A DNA stretch of 64,000 nucleotides, taken from NCBI GenBank assembly GCA_951406725.2, contig OX597818.1:1674001-1738000 (forward strand), given 5' to 3'. A program made the position numbers and the translations under genes. This document shows, in pieces, positions 1 through 12,899 of the stretch. The notes beneath the pieces were generated by a model, which had not been told where the DNA came from, did not search any database, and saw only the letters and a program-made list of their open reading frames with translations. This DNA comes from Octopus vulgaris. Taxonomy: Eukaryota. Numbering within the stretch: position 1 is the stretch's first letter; every line of letters begins with the position of its first letter.

Positions 1-864
1 TTTTTTCAACGGGTATACCTGAAGGTTTCTAGTGATGCTCTTCAGAAAAAGCAAAAGGGAAGGTGGCTCCTCATGCCTTATGGTGGATGCATTGGCTATT
101 TTCCCTTTTTAAAAATCATTTTTATATTATCCAATGCAACGAAACCCTGAAAAATATGTGAAAATTAAAAAAACACAACATAAAATTCTTATTTTAATTC
201 AATCATCCACAATGAAAAATAATTCAAATATTTTTTAACAAAAGAAGTTATTTTGGTTGCATTGCCTGGAAAAAAGTGTATTACAATGGAAAATGCGAGT
301 GCGTGCATGTTAATATTCTCAAGTTATTACACGTGGAAAAGTACAGAACAAGATAATCTACAGTAGAATTTGTGTAATTTGTTACCTCTGAAGGAAACTA
401 AGAAGCACTTAAAATTAAAATTCTACTGCATTTGAAATATTGCAACCGGGAATATTTTTTTTTAATTATAATACATTATATTAGGTAAATTTGAGATGAT
501 TTATTTTATTTATTATGAGAATCTAAAAAACAAATGAATCATTTAAAATATGACACAAAAATAACCAAAAATAAATTTAAAGAAAAAAAATTTTAATCGT
601 GTTTTTTGAAATATACAATTAAAATAGTCATTTTATTTAGTTGTATCGAATACAAATAATAAAATATAAAGTTGTAAATAATACTGCACATTATTTTTCA
701 CTTTTACAAAAAGAAACCTTGATTGCAGTAGAATGGTCATTAAATGGTTTCAAATCCACCATACGCTCAGTCAATTCTTCCGCATAAAAAAAAAATTTCA
801 TCTGACAAATCATAAGTAAAATTTATTAGTTAGTATTAATACAGTAGAATTAGCCTAATATAGG

Positions 865-1527
865 GAAAATTCACACAAAAAACAAAAGACGAAGACAGGT
901 GGTGTAGACAGCAAACAGATGTATTAGTATAACGCTCGGGAAGTCAAAAAGTCTTTAACATTTCGAGCCTACGCTCTTCCACAGAAAGGAACACAGAAAG
1001 ATATGAAAATAAAGAATGTGTAGTGGCTAGCGATCTATCATGGCGAATGCGGGACAGAGGGTCACACAGGAGAGCTAGAAAGAAGGGGAGATAATAAAGT
1101 AGTGGTGATCCCAAAACGAAAGTGCGCATGCGTATGTATGTGCGTGTGGTAGGAGGGAGTGACCTTGACGTGTGCGTGTGTGTATGTGTAGGTGTGAGGA
1201 TGTGGAGCTGGGAAGTGGTCAGTGCTAGTGTGTGCGTGGTGGTGTGATGTGATGTGGTGTTGTGTGGTATGGTATAGTGGTGTGTCGAGTGGTGTGATGG
1301 TGTTGGGAGGTGGGGTTGGATTGTGTAGGGTGAGGTGGGGTTACGAGGGAAGGGTGTCGATGAAGGGGAGAAAGCGGAAGGTAGGTAAGAACGAAGAGAA
1401 AAGAGAAGGAGAATAGGAGTGAAGAGAAGTAGGAGTTGGAGCAAGAGAGGAGAGGTAGGAGGGGGAGAGAGGAGAGGGGAGGAGGCTAGATGAAGAGGGG
1501 AGAAGAGTTGAGACCATGTGGCGCGCA

Positions 1528-1529
<2 letters not shown>
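865..1529 (-). mobile_element. Penelope-like element 3' end / pseudo-LTR fragment
   Basis: Minus strand next to the (TA)n at 1530 reads C-A-P-H-G-L-N, a typical GIY-YIG C-terminus. It is followed by a pyrimidine-rich 3' region and a hammerhead-like remnant (GGAAGAGCGTAGGCTCGAAATGTT, ~955-985). A related terminal sequence lies at 39770-39930. Confidence 0.55.
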
Positions 1530-1582
<53 letters not shown>

Positions 1583-2014
1583 TGTTATACATGGGGATGG
1601 TCATCTTTTGCCAGTTAAACATGTAATATTTATTTGATCATTACTTTAGTTTCCTCATTATTTTTAGTTTATTTCTCAAAGTTCTTTCGCCACACATTCT
1701 GTGACCTCTTCAACGACTCTCTGTCCTAGTAGTGTCCTTTTGTCCTACCTATTCCATTTTCTCCTGTTTTATAATGTGTCTGACTTCCATAATTTATCTG
1801 TTCTATGTATTGATAAGATTCTAACATCTATGTTGTCAACTGAGCCTTTTGTTTTAATTGAACATGTTGACTGAGCGCTGTCGCGCTTTCCTCTACCACG
1901 ACCTCCCGCCAGAGTTCACTCGTCCGCTTACTTATGCTACGTGCTATCTCGCCATATGTACGTCGTTGTCCTGTTTTTGCATCATCCCTCTTTATAGATT
2001 ACGTTCCTAATTTT

Positions 2015-2745
2015 ACAGAGTATAATGGGTCACTCCCCAGCACATCGGCTTCCAAGAAAGCAGCCTACAACGCCACTAAAAGCAAGGTGCAGGTAACGCT
2101 CAGGGATATGAAGAATTCCTGGCTCAGAAACAAGGCGGATGAGATACAGAAATACGCTAACAGCAGCAATTTCAAGTGCTTCTGCGATGCCATGAAAACC
2201 ATATACGGAAGCCATCTAAGGGGCACAGTTTTCGGGAACATAACCACTCCCTTCACTGATAAAAACACAATCCTTGAAAGATGGGCAGAGTATTTGAACA
2301 ACGTCATGAACATTCCTTCTTCTAATCACGCTGAGGCCATTGCCCGCATGCCACAAGTTAACATCTCACTTCTTTGGCAGAGCCTCCAACAGAAGCAGGG
2401 GTTCAGAAAGCAATTAAGCTTCTCTCTAATGGTATAGCACTAAGCCCTGACTCAGTCCAGCTGAAATATACAAGGCAGAGGGATCAGTCTTAGCATAGAG
2501 GCTCACCAATCTCTTTCGGACCATATGGCAAGAGAAAGTTGTCCCGCCTGTTCAAGAGAAAGGGAAGTAGGCAGTCTTGTGGCAATCACCGAGGAATTTC
2601 TTTCCTTGTTATCGCTGGTATGATACCCGCAAGAGTCCTCCTTAACTGCCTTGCTCAGCACATGGAAGACGGGAACCTGCCAGGTGAGGGCCGTGGGATA
2701 GCCGACATGATCTTTGCCATACCCCAACTAATGATGGGGTGCTAA
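2015..2745 (+). pseudogene. RTE-clade LINE ORF fragment (pre-RT linker and RT N-terminus), degraded
   Basis: ORF 1934-2437 contains KSKVQVTLRDMKNSWLRNKADEIQKYA...ILERWAEYLNNVMN. ORF 2539-2745 contains LFKRKGSRQSCGNHRGISFLVIAG...DMIFAIPQL. These are characteristic RTE/BovB-like motifs, broken by frameshifts. Confidence 0.85.
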
Positions 2746-3712
2746 AACAGGAAAGTGGCAAATATACAAAGCTCCATAGTTTGGATGTAAATAACAAAAA
2801 CAACGTCATATTTTGAATATGAGAAAAGTTTCGCTTATTTTTACTGTTCCATTTAGAGATTGTATATGTAATGTGCGAGTTAGTAGGTTGATTTCTTTTT
2901 CTGAAAACTTTAGCTTATCCTGATTATCATTTAGGCATTTACTTACAAAACCAAGTACTTCAATTCTTTATGATATAAATGTGGATTTATAATCCGCATA
3001 TAGAAGCTAGAGGTTTCGAAGCAGTTGTCCATAGTTGATTTCCAAAGAGATATTCATATCAGTAGATATTCAACTCTGCTTTAATACATATTCTTTTTGT
3101 CTGTCCTAAATAACAATGTATGGCCAACAGACCATATATTGTTATTTAGGACAAACAAAAAGAGTATGTTTACACTTGACAGACGTCTTCATGGAAATAT
3201 TCCACCTTATGTTCATGATTGTGTATGTATTCAATAACAGGGAGATTCTCTATATTTTTTCGGGGACAGACTTTTTTCTGAATGGCTTTGTATATTGTTT
3301 TTCCGACGTCATGAGAAAATTGTTTGGCAGCTGCTAATCATGTGTAACGTCTTTCGCAGAAATATGACATAATCTACACTTTCGGTTGCATCTCAGAGCT
3401 GCAAGGGCTTCACTGTCTCTTTTGCTTATGAGCTATTTTGTAGTAATCTCCTGTTCTTCGATTGAAAATGCATAGTGGTCACAAATCCAAGAGAGACTTC
3501 GCTTCATGTCAATATCCCCGTCTTCTTCAAGTCGTCTGGAAACATACCCGTGCATATTTCTTTTTTTTCTTTTTGCATATTGAATGCTGAGCGTTTTGCA
3601 TTCAGATCTTCATAGAGGTATGTTAGCCCGACTGCTTTAGGGTTGTATGGGCGGTAATCAGGAGGAGCTCGATGCCGACACGTAGAATATCGTTAACTTC
3701 ACTTTTCAGCAC
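2746..3712 (-). mobile_element. R4/Dong-clade non-LTR retrotransposon 3' fragment (copy 2)
   Basis: Minus strand gives YAFSIEEQEITTK and a CCHC-type region (HMISSCQ). It is visibly homologous to 3885-4280 and 5555-6180 of copy 1. Confidence 0.75.
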
Positions 3713-4336
3713 TATATGTGTACGTGTGTATGTATGTACGTACGTATGTATGATGTATGTATGTATGTATGTATGTATGTATGTATGTATGTATGTATGT
3801 ATGTATGTATGTATGTATTATGTATGTATGTACGTATGTCTCTTCAATTTTTTAATTATTATAAATCTTCCACTGAGGAGGGAGCCATTTTCCAACAAAA
3901 ATACAAGGCTCCATCTTTGGGATGTAGTTAACAAAGACAAATTCACTTTTGGAACTTGAGAAAAGTCTTGCATATTTTTACTGTTCCACTCACAGAATAG
4001 ACTTGTAATGTACGAATCAACCGGTCAATTTCTCTTTCTGAAAACCCCAGTTTATCCAGATTTTCTTTTAAGCATTTACTAACAAAACCTCTGCTCTAAT
4101 TATTATTGGTATGAATATGAATGCATAGTCTTGATATAGAAGCTGGAGGTTTCGAAGCAGTTGCCCACAGATATCCTCTTTTTCTTTGGTTTTCAAAGAG
4201 ATCTTTATATCTGCAGGGCAGCTAACTTCTATGATAGTACGTACCTTTGCTCCTCTGCCCCAAACAACAATATCTGGCCTACATTATTTACATTATTTAC
4301 AATTGACGGTTATTTTTCCTCATCTTGTTTGTTGTT

Positions 4337-4382
4337 AACACAACATTTCGGCTGATATACCCTCCAGCCTTCATCAGGTATC
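4337..4382 (-). ncRNA. Minimal type-I hammerhead ribozyme motif (family A)
   Basis: Minus strand: GAUAC-CUGAUGA-A-GGCUG-gagggUaUaU-CAGCC-GAAAUGUU-GUGUU. Conserved core, perfect 5-bp stem II, and a 5-bp stem I with wobbles. Confidence 0.7.
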
Positions 4383-4452
4383 TTGGGGAAATATCGAACC
4401 TGGGTTCTCATTCCTAAGGTATTTTTCGACGTTGTTATTATTATCATTATCA

Positions 4453-4499
<47 letters not shown>

Positions 4500-5053
4500 G
4501 AGTGAGAGAGCAGTGCATGCTATCAAAGTGACACTGGGGTAAAATATACGAAGCCCAGCATACCCATCATGACTACCCGTCTAATAAGGGTACACCAGGC
4601 ACATGCATCACAACCATATGTGCGCAACATGGTGATCTCATATCAAGATAAAGAGCGGATGACCTTGCAGGTGGGGCCCAGTTAGAATTTTCTTCTGGTT
4701 GAGTAGCCCATCCCGCTCAAAAGATCCCTGAATAAGGATTGTTTAGGGATGTTGAACGAACCACACATGTTTCCAGAAATGAATTGTCCAAACCTCTAAG
4801 AATTCCTTTCAACAGATGGCTATCATGCTCCCCCACTACTTCGGCTTGTGATCAGAGATGCACATATCGTTAACCACTAAGGGACATGTTCAACTGGTTA
4901 AGGTCAAACAATTGACAAGCAAATCTGTGGCATTGAGCAGAATGTTTGCTGTAGCCTATATTTTATACCACGACAAAACAATGTACATGATAACACTTCC
5001 AATCAGTTAAGATCAGCAGCCATGAGAGCCACTGCCTGGTATTGCATCAGGAC

Positions 5054-5056
<3 letters not shown>
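4500..5056. mobile_element. ~555-bp non-coding interspersed element nested in an (ATT)n tract
   Basis: Complex sequence with no ORF, bounded on both sides by (ATT)n, and absent from the mirror arm of the surrounding palindrome. Confidence 0.6.
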
Positions 5057-5130
<74 letters not shown>

Positions 5131-5165
5131 TCACTGCCTGGAATCGAACTACGCCATATGTCTAA

Positions 5166-5353
<188 letters not shown>

Positions 5354-5430
5354 CAACAACAACAACAACAGCAACAACAGCAACAACAACATCGAAAAAT
5401 ACCTTAGGAATGAGAACCCATGTTTCCCAA

Positions 5431-5475
5431 GACAACTGATGAAGGCTGGAGTGTATATCAACCGAAACGTTGGTT
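5431..5475 (+). ncRNA. Minimal type-I hammerhead ribozyme motif (family A, second copy)
   Basis: CUGAUGA (5436-5442), stem II GGCUG/CAACC with one mismatch, GAAACGUU (5464-5471). Stem I is degraded. Confidence 0.6.
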
Positions 5476-8228
5476 AACAACAAAAAGATGAGGACAAATA
5501 TCCGTCAATTGTAAATAATGTACATAATTCCTCATCTCTTAAATATATAAATGTAATATCTGGCCTGTTATGCTTACATTAGTTTTGATGGGAATATTCC
5601 ACAAGTATTCCTTGAGTTGGTGTTTATGAAAGTATTCCATAGCAGAGGCATTTTCTAAGTTTATTTCAGGACAGTCTTTTCTGCGGATGGCATTGTAAAT
5701 TGTTTTAGCAACAACATCGTGCCCCATAGGAAGGTAGTACCGTGACGACATTTTAGAACAGCTGCTTATCACATGTCTTCCGCAGAAACATGACATAACC
5801 TACATATGCAAGAGCGTTTACAAGAGGTTTACAAGAGCGTCACTGTCTCTCTTGTTCACCAGATACTTTGTGGCAATCTCCTGTTCCTGGATTGCAAACG
5901 CATAGCTTTCAAAGTGTGAGGTGATGTATTGGTCTCGTGTTCAAGAGAGGCTGCATTTCGTGTCAACTCTACTGTCTTCTTCAAGTTTCCGGGCAACATA
6001 CCCATGCATAGTCTTTTTTCTTTTTTTGTATGCTGAGTGCTTTCCATCCAGTTCTTCTCTGAGGTAAGAGAGCCCAACTGTTTTGGGGCTGTATAGGAAA
6101 TCATCAGGAAGAGAATGATTCTTGAGGAGCTCATTGCCAGCTCGTACAATATTGCTCACTTCACTTTTCAGCACTGAATTTATATATATATTTTTGCTGA
6201 TGTTATTCAGCAGGTGGTGCCTGAGTGATACCATACGGCATTCGAAGGCCGTCTGCACTGATCTCAGGCCTCTACTACCTTCATTTCTTCTTAGATCCTG
6301 TCAACATCACTATTTCTGTGGAAGTTCCCAGTTATTGTAAAGATTTTGCGGATTTTGATATCTACAGACCAATCAAGTACCCCAAATGTTGGGATCAGCA
6401 CTGGTACTGTAAATGTATTGTGGAATATTGTTTTTTTGTAACAGGAGAGTTCCGATTGCCATATTTTCCTAAGTCTGGTGTAATATTCTCGGGTCACTCT
6501 ATCTTTATTCACAGTGCCTTTATATGATACATTTTCATATATGCCTAGGTACTTGTAACATTCTTTGTGTGGAATGGGGGAGATAAAGAGACCATTGATG
6601 CACAGGTTTTGGGTTTTGGGGACTGACTTTCCTCATTCTATAACCAAATATGAACATTTCTTCTGGCCAAATTTTATGCCTACATCAGCTGAAAATGTTA
6701 TTAATTCCAGTTGTTTGTTGGCATTGTTAACACTTTTAGCATAAATCTTCAGGTCGTCTACCAAGAAATTACATGGATATTTCTAGCAGTTGTAGATTCT
6801 AGCATGTAACCATTTGTTTCCTGCAGTAGGAACGATAATGAGCTCAGTGCCAAAATAAAAAGAAGTACAGAAAGACTATTTCCCTGGAATATTCCTTTTG
6901 AAATGCTTATAGTATCTGAAACAATTATTCTGTTCTCAGGTGGAAGGGTGAGAATTGTTATCCATGTCTTTGTGAGTGTCTCTTTGGCAGCAATTAAGGT
7001 GGTATGTACTTTTGCCAGGTGTAGGAACTTCAAAAGCCATGAATGAGGGATAGAGTCAAATGCCTTCCTATAGTCAAGCCATATGTCACAAGATTTCTAC
7101 GCTGTTTTCTTACTTCAGACAGTACAACTTTGTTTATTAAAAGTTGTTCGGCACATCCCCACACTCACTTCTTTCCACCAGCTTGTTCATCAGTCACAAT
7201 GTTGTTCGACTCACAATGGTCCCAGAGGAATTGGTTGAGGCAACTTGTGTACAGTTTGTACATAATGTTTAGGCAAGCGATAGGCCTGTAGTTTCCTGCC
7301 ATCTCAGTAATTTGATTTTTGACAACAAGATTTGTTCTTGCTGTTGCAAGCCAATTTGGTATATCAATCTGACCTTCCATAGTCCTTTTGAACATACATA
7401 TCAACTGGTTTCTATAAAAAGTCAGCTTCTTGTACCAATATCCAATTATCAGGTCCCTTCCAGATGCCTTCCCGTTCTGCAGTTTGCCTACTACTATAGC
7501 GAACGTTTCTGCATCGATTTTGTATTTTATTGTTAGTGTTGGTACAGTATCCTCTCAATTGTATTTAACCATGATGCATTCAGGTTGAAATCCCTCTTTT
7601 CGTTGCAAATTTTTGACCAGAATAATTGTAGATCTTCTTGGGAGGGAGCTTTCTTAATGGTAATGCTTTCCTTCTTCTGTATAATACTTATGGGTTCCAA
7701 CCCAAACTTGCGATTGATACTGGGTCGTTCAAAAATTCGCATGCGACAGCGGAGTTTCTTGCTCATCGTCCAGAGTTCATGTTTTAAAGGGATTAGCTTT
7801 CCCTCAAAAAGCTTGGTGTGAAGAGCTGCCATAAAGTTTCGTTAATTTTTGTCTAAGATAGAGTTGGTGAGGTGTAAACCCATTTTTCTCCTTTCTCCTT
7901 ATTGCTGTAATTAACCATCCAATATGGCGGCGCACGTTGTTGATGTTTCCTTCAAGATTTATTTTCCATCTAGGTTGCTTCCGTCTAGTAATTTCGTTAC
8001 TTTGTTCACTGTAGAGTTCTCCTAAGTGTTCTGGTGTTCTTTAAGAGTAATAGCGGCTGTGTATATAAAAGTATTTATATTCCAGTAATTAACTTTACAT
8101 GATTTCATGTGCTCTCTATGTATGTGTGTGTGTATATGTATGTATGTTTGTATGTATGTACGTATGTATGTATGTATGTATGGATGGATGGATGGATGGA
8201 TGGATGGATGGATGAATGGATAGGTGTT

Positions 8229-8271
<43 letters not shown>

Positions 8272-8324
8272 TTATATATACACATATATACATGTATATA
8301 CATGTGTATATACACACATACATA

Positions 8325-8706
8325 TTCTCTTTTACTCTTTTGCTTCTTTCAGTCACATGACTGCGGCCATGCTGAAGCACCACTTTAAGGTGTTTCTTTT
8401 AGTCGAACAAATGACTCCAGGACTTATTCTTTGTAAACCTAGTACTTATCCAGGCGGTGACTTTTGCCGACCAGCTATGTCACGGGGACGTAAACACACC
8501 AACACCCGTTGTCGAGCGATGGTGGGAGGAGGACAAACACACAAAACACATACATATATACATATATGAATATATACGACGAGCTTCTTTCAGTTTCCGT
8601 CTACCAAATCCACTCACAAAGCTTTGGTCGGCCCAGAGACACTTGCCCAAGGTGCCACGCAGTGAGACTGAACCCGGAATCATGTGATTGGGAAGCAAGC
8701 ATCTTA
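8325..8706 (-). mobile_element. tRNA-derived SINE (family 1), near full length
   Basis: B-box-like CCGGGTTCAGTC head, CACCTTGGGCAAGTGTC body, internal microsatellite, and 3' tail GGTGCTTCAGCATGGCCGCAGTC..GACTGAAA..AAAAGAG. Multiple copies in the window. Confidence 0.85.
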
Positions 8707-11561
8707 CATATATAATGTAAATCGTTGGAACGTTTCAAGTCGTTCGAAGCGCTATTTATTACAGGGTGTTCTATATATACCCAGACATCAGTCTGTTTTA
8801 GGTAATGTTCTAACAATCTGTCATAACTACTCTTCCCACACATGTGAACAGACTTTTGTGAAGCAAACAGATACGCAACGGAACGCGTACCGTATGACAG
8901 GAACTCGCATGTTTTGTAGGTAATGCCAGGAAGGACCAAAGGTGCAGCAGTGACCGATTTAAAGATAAAGATTATCGGTGAAACGTTCAAATATAACTTT
9001 GGTTCGTTGCAAATATAATAGAACTGAGAATGTGTTCTAGAGCAGGGATTAAAAGCCATGTACTGTTAGCCATTAAAAGTCTTTTATTTAAAAATAGGAA
9101 AAATGAGAAATTATATACTGCCAACTAATCAATGATCTACATTTTTTGTCCATAATTATCAGTATACTAGGTTTAGCAATGAAACATGTTCGTTTAGAAA
9201 AGCGATTGTTTAGGAAAGAGAAAAGACTAACATGCAGCTTACAAACTGAATAAATCAGATAAATGTGTCTAAACATTCATAAATGTGTCTAAACATACAC
9301 AGCCATATGTACATGTATACACACGTGTACATGCGCATAAACACACAGATACACACGCGTGCACACACAGAAACACACACACACAGACACACACACACAC
9401 AGACACACCCACACACAGACACACACACATACACATACACACAGAGAAAGAGACAAACATTATGGGCATTAAGAAAATAACAAAGACGAACAGGAACTAT
9501 CTGATGACAGCTACACAATACTAAAATCTTTCTGCGGTTCATAGTAAATACAGCGTAGCAAAGCGCGACAAACGTAAACATGTTTGTCGATCAAATCGCT
9601 TATTTTCTCGTTGATATATCCACTAACCTTATGAATATTGGTACGATATGTCGGGTAAGCAAGTAGTTTTATCAATGTGCAACAAGAAATTGGTTTGTGT
9701 GTGTGTGTGTGTGTGTGTTTTCTCTCATTTTTATAAATATCGTAAAACATCAAGTCATAAAATCATAAGACACACCATTGAGAAAATGCTAAAACAAAAT
9801 TTATGAACGAAAGAAAAACGCACGAGATAGTGCGCTTTCCCCATCCCTCACACGCACAGGAAATATCAATATCGATCTTTATGAACGTTGATAATTTCTC
9901 AGTTGAAACTCGCTTATTACTCGTAGATAAAATTGTTGAATTGTCCACGGGAAATTACCACAACTCATAAAAAGTTTCAGAAATATCAACGAGAAGAGAA
10001 GAAATTTGATTAACAAGACTGAAATTATGTTTCTTGCTGCTGATGAACTGTATCTATAACCTTCTGCGAGACATCACTATATCCTCTGCATCAATACTTA
10101 AGATTTTCCGTCCAGGTCTGACCCACACTAAACCTACACTGCTAACACTAAGTCGTTAATATTATGTTTGAGATATAAATTTCTGATTCTCTTCCACACC
10201 ATCTCAGTTATAATCTTTCTGTTAGCTTATTCATTTGAATATTGGCAACAGAAACTTCCAGTTAGGCTCATTTATTCATGTGTCATAGAAGCGTCAATCA
10301 ATCTCCAAGCTCAACGACAAAGAAGTCGTTGGATTATCTCTTGTCTTCAATGTAAGGACATTACCTCAACTTTCTCTGAAGTAATTATAGTTATCCATAC
10401 TAGACTTCTTGATTGCGTTACTCCCTCCATATGGACACTGCTGTTACAGAGGCCGAAACGTTTACAAATCTGCTAAGTTGGTCTCGTCCTCTCCATCCGT
10501 CGCTCTCACCTAGTTACTGAACATTGGTCTCCCTCTCTGTCACCTCCAAATCTAACCATTATTCTATCTTCCGGTCTCTACCCAGTCATAGTAACTTACC
10601 GGACATCAATTCACCGTGCATAATCTTTATCTCTTGTACTCTCTGGCATTTACAATAAGCTAATCACTTGGAGATTATTAGATATCACTGAATAACAGTT
10701 TAAACAAGGGACTCAGACTAAGTGCTTCGAGTAAATCACCGACCCCCACGAAGACGCATTTACTCATTATTATAATTCTTGCAAATCGACAATAAAGAGA
10801 GTGAAGAATGATATATTTCTTTCCTAAATTGTGGCTTTGCTAAAAGGGCTTTCATCAATGTTTATCAACTTACAGATCTCTCTTTTACGCCAAGAAATAT
10901 TCTTACTAGGAAACTATCAAATTCGCTGCTTCTTTTCAATATCACTCTACATCCACATAACAAACCTGATTTTTCCAGGACTCGCCTTTTTCAGAAAAGT
11001 TTAAAACGAATGAAGAGTTTCTATTCAATGAGTATTGTGAATTACCTGGATACTTCACAAAACCGATTTGATAATAGTTAAGCGGATGCTAACATATTAT
11101 TGTAGTAAGGAACCAATGTATTTTAATTGAAAATAGTTACACCCGTAGTGGGAAGATAAACAATTATCTTAATTATTAATATTGATTAACAAAGACAAGG
11201 TAGACAACCTCGAAAGTTAAAATAAAACCAATTTATCGATAGTTTGATAATCATTATCAAATAGGACCTGACGAGAAAAAGGGTTAGGTGAGTATTTGAC
11301 CGATTGATTAACATTTATAGAAATAACGAGGTGGAAATATTTCTCAGAGATGCCTTCTGCAGGATATTGCCATTAAATCAATGAAGATTATGCCTTCAAT
11401 GGAAAGAAAAGTCTTTAGCATTGATGATAATCCATGTCAGAGAAAACAAGGAAGTCATTTCCGAAATCCAAATTTAGTTGATATGGTCTTATTGAACCTC
11501 CTAAACGAACTATATACTTCTTTGTACATAACACATTTTAAAATAACTGTGAGAGTATCTT

Positions 11562-11757
11562 TTACCTTTTATTGTTTCAGTCACTGGACTTGGCGATGTT
11601 GAAGTATTGCCCTGAAGGGATTAGAGGGACAAATCGACCCCCGTACCCAGTATTTATTTTAAAGCCTGGTACCTACTCTATCGGTTTCTCTCGCTGAACC
11701 ACTAAGGTTTGGGGACGCAAACAAACAAACACCGGCTTCAAGCGGCGGCGGGGGACA
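11562..11757 (-). mobile_element. SINE family 1, 3' half (diverged)
   Basis: Homologous to 8325-8535 and 17598-17803. Confidence 0.7.
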
Positions 11758-12188
11758 TATATATGTATATATATATATATATATATATCTGTGCGTATGT
11801 CTATGTGTGCATGTATATGTGTTCGTGTGTGTGTGCGCGCGCGAGCGTGTAAGCGTGTTTGTATGTCTGTGTGTCTGTGTCTGTATCTGTGTGTGCATGT
11901 TTGTATGTTTCTGGTGTTTGCGTATACGTGTGAAAGAATTCAGATATAACGTGTTTAAACAAGGAAGTCATTTTCGAAATCCAATGTAAAATGTAATGTA
12001 GGGTATATGTCCTATATGGGTGGTGCGGTTCCAGCTAGGCATTAAGAAGCTTTGGAGAATATGCAGTTGTCCCTTAGTCACCACTACTCCCAGTAGAATA
12101 TAGAAACATAAAAGATGATGTTATGAGTCCGAAAACATTGAAAAACATTTTGGATTTGGTGTGAATCTTAAAATAGTTTCTCAATATA

Positions 12189-12350
12189 GACGCAGGGTGG
12201 CTGTGTAGTAGAAAATTTGCTTCCCTACCACATGGTTCCGGGTTCAGTCCCACTGCGTAGTACCTTGGGCAAGTGTCTTCTACTAAGGACTCGGGCCGAC
12301 CATAGCCTTGAGAGTGGATTTGGTAGACGGAAACTGAAAGAAGCCCGTCG
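12189..12350 (+). mobile_element. SINE family 1, 5' half
   Basis: GGCTGTGTAGTAG..CATGGTTCCGGGTTCAGTCCCACTGCG..GGATTTGGTAGACGGAAACTGAAAGAAGCCCGTCG, matching 39408-39557. Confidence 0.85.
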
Positions 12351-12381
<31 letters not shown>

Positions 12382-12707
12382 TTGTGTGTGTATCGGAAAT
12401 CTACAATGGTTCCATAACTCCCATTTCGGCTATGAGTTTGGAACCCTGATAATCCGTTACAGCACTTACCCAGCGTACCTAGTCGTCTAAATCGCCTGTG
12501 AACTAAACCTCCATATTTCAAAATGTAATCACGTGAATCGTTGGCGATTTTTTTTACCTCCATCTTCCTTTTCTATTGGACTTTCTTCTGTCTCCTGTTT
12601 CAAAACGTAAAACCACCTTCCTTTCCTTCCCTGAGCGTCTGGTAATACTTTACATGCACCACGTCCTCGAGTTGTTGTTTTTTGTGTTTTTTCTTCGTTT
12701 TTTTATT

Positions 12708-12761
<54 letters not shown>

Positions 12762-12899
12762 GTAAAATATGAAAAATCAATGAAAATGCATATTGCAAAT
12801 AGAAAAAGGCTATTTATGACAGGTAGTGACAAATATATGCATTTAGATTGATTGAGGTAGTAATACGAGTCATAAAGGTCATTATTATGAGATGATTAT

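Noticed and set aside
5000-5050. Weak U2 snRNA resemblance (ATCAGTTAAGATC, CCTGGTATTGCA)
   Set aside because: Only two short words match, the spacing is wrong, and there is no Sm site or branch-pairing region.
11443-11985. 27-bp direct repeat AAACAAGGAAGTCATTT(C/T)CGAAATCCAA as a TSD
   Set aside because: It does not abut the ends of the enclosed SINE fragment. Most likely a small local duplication.
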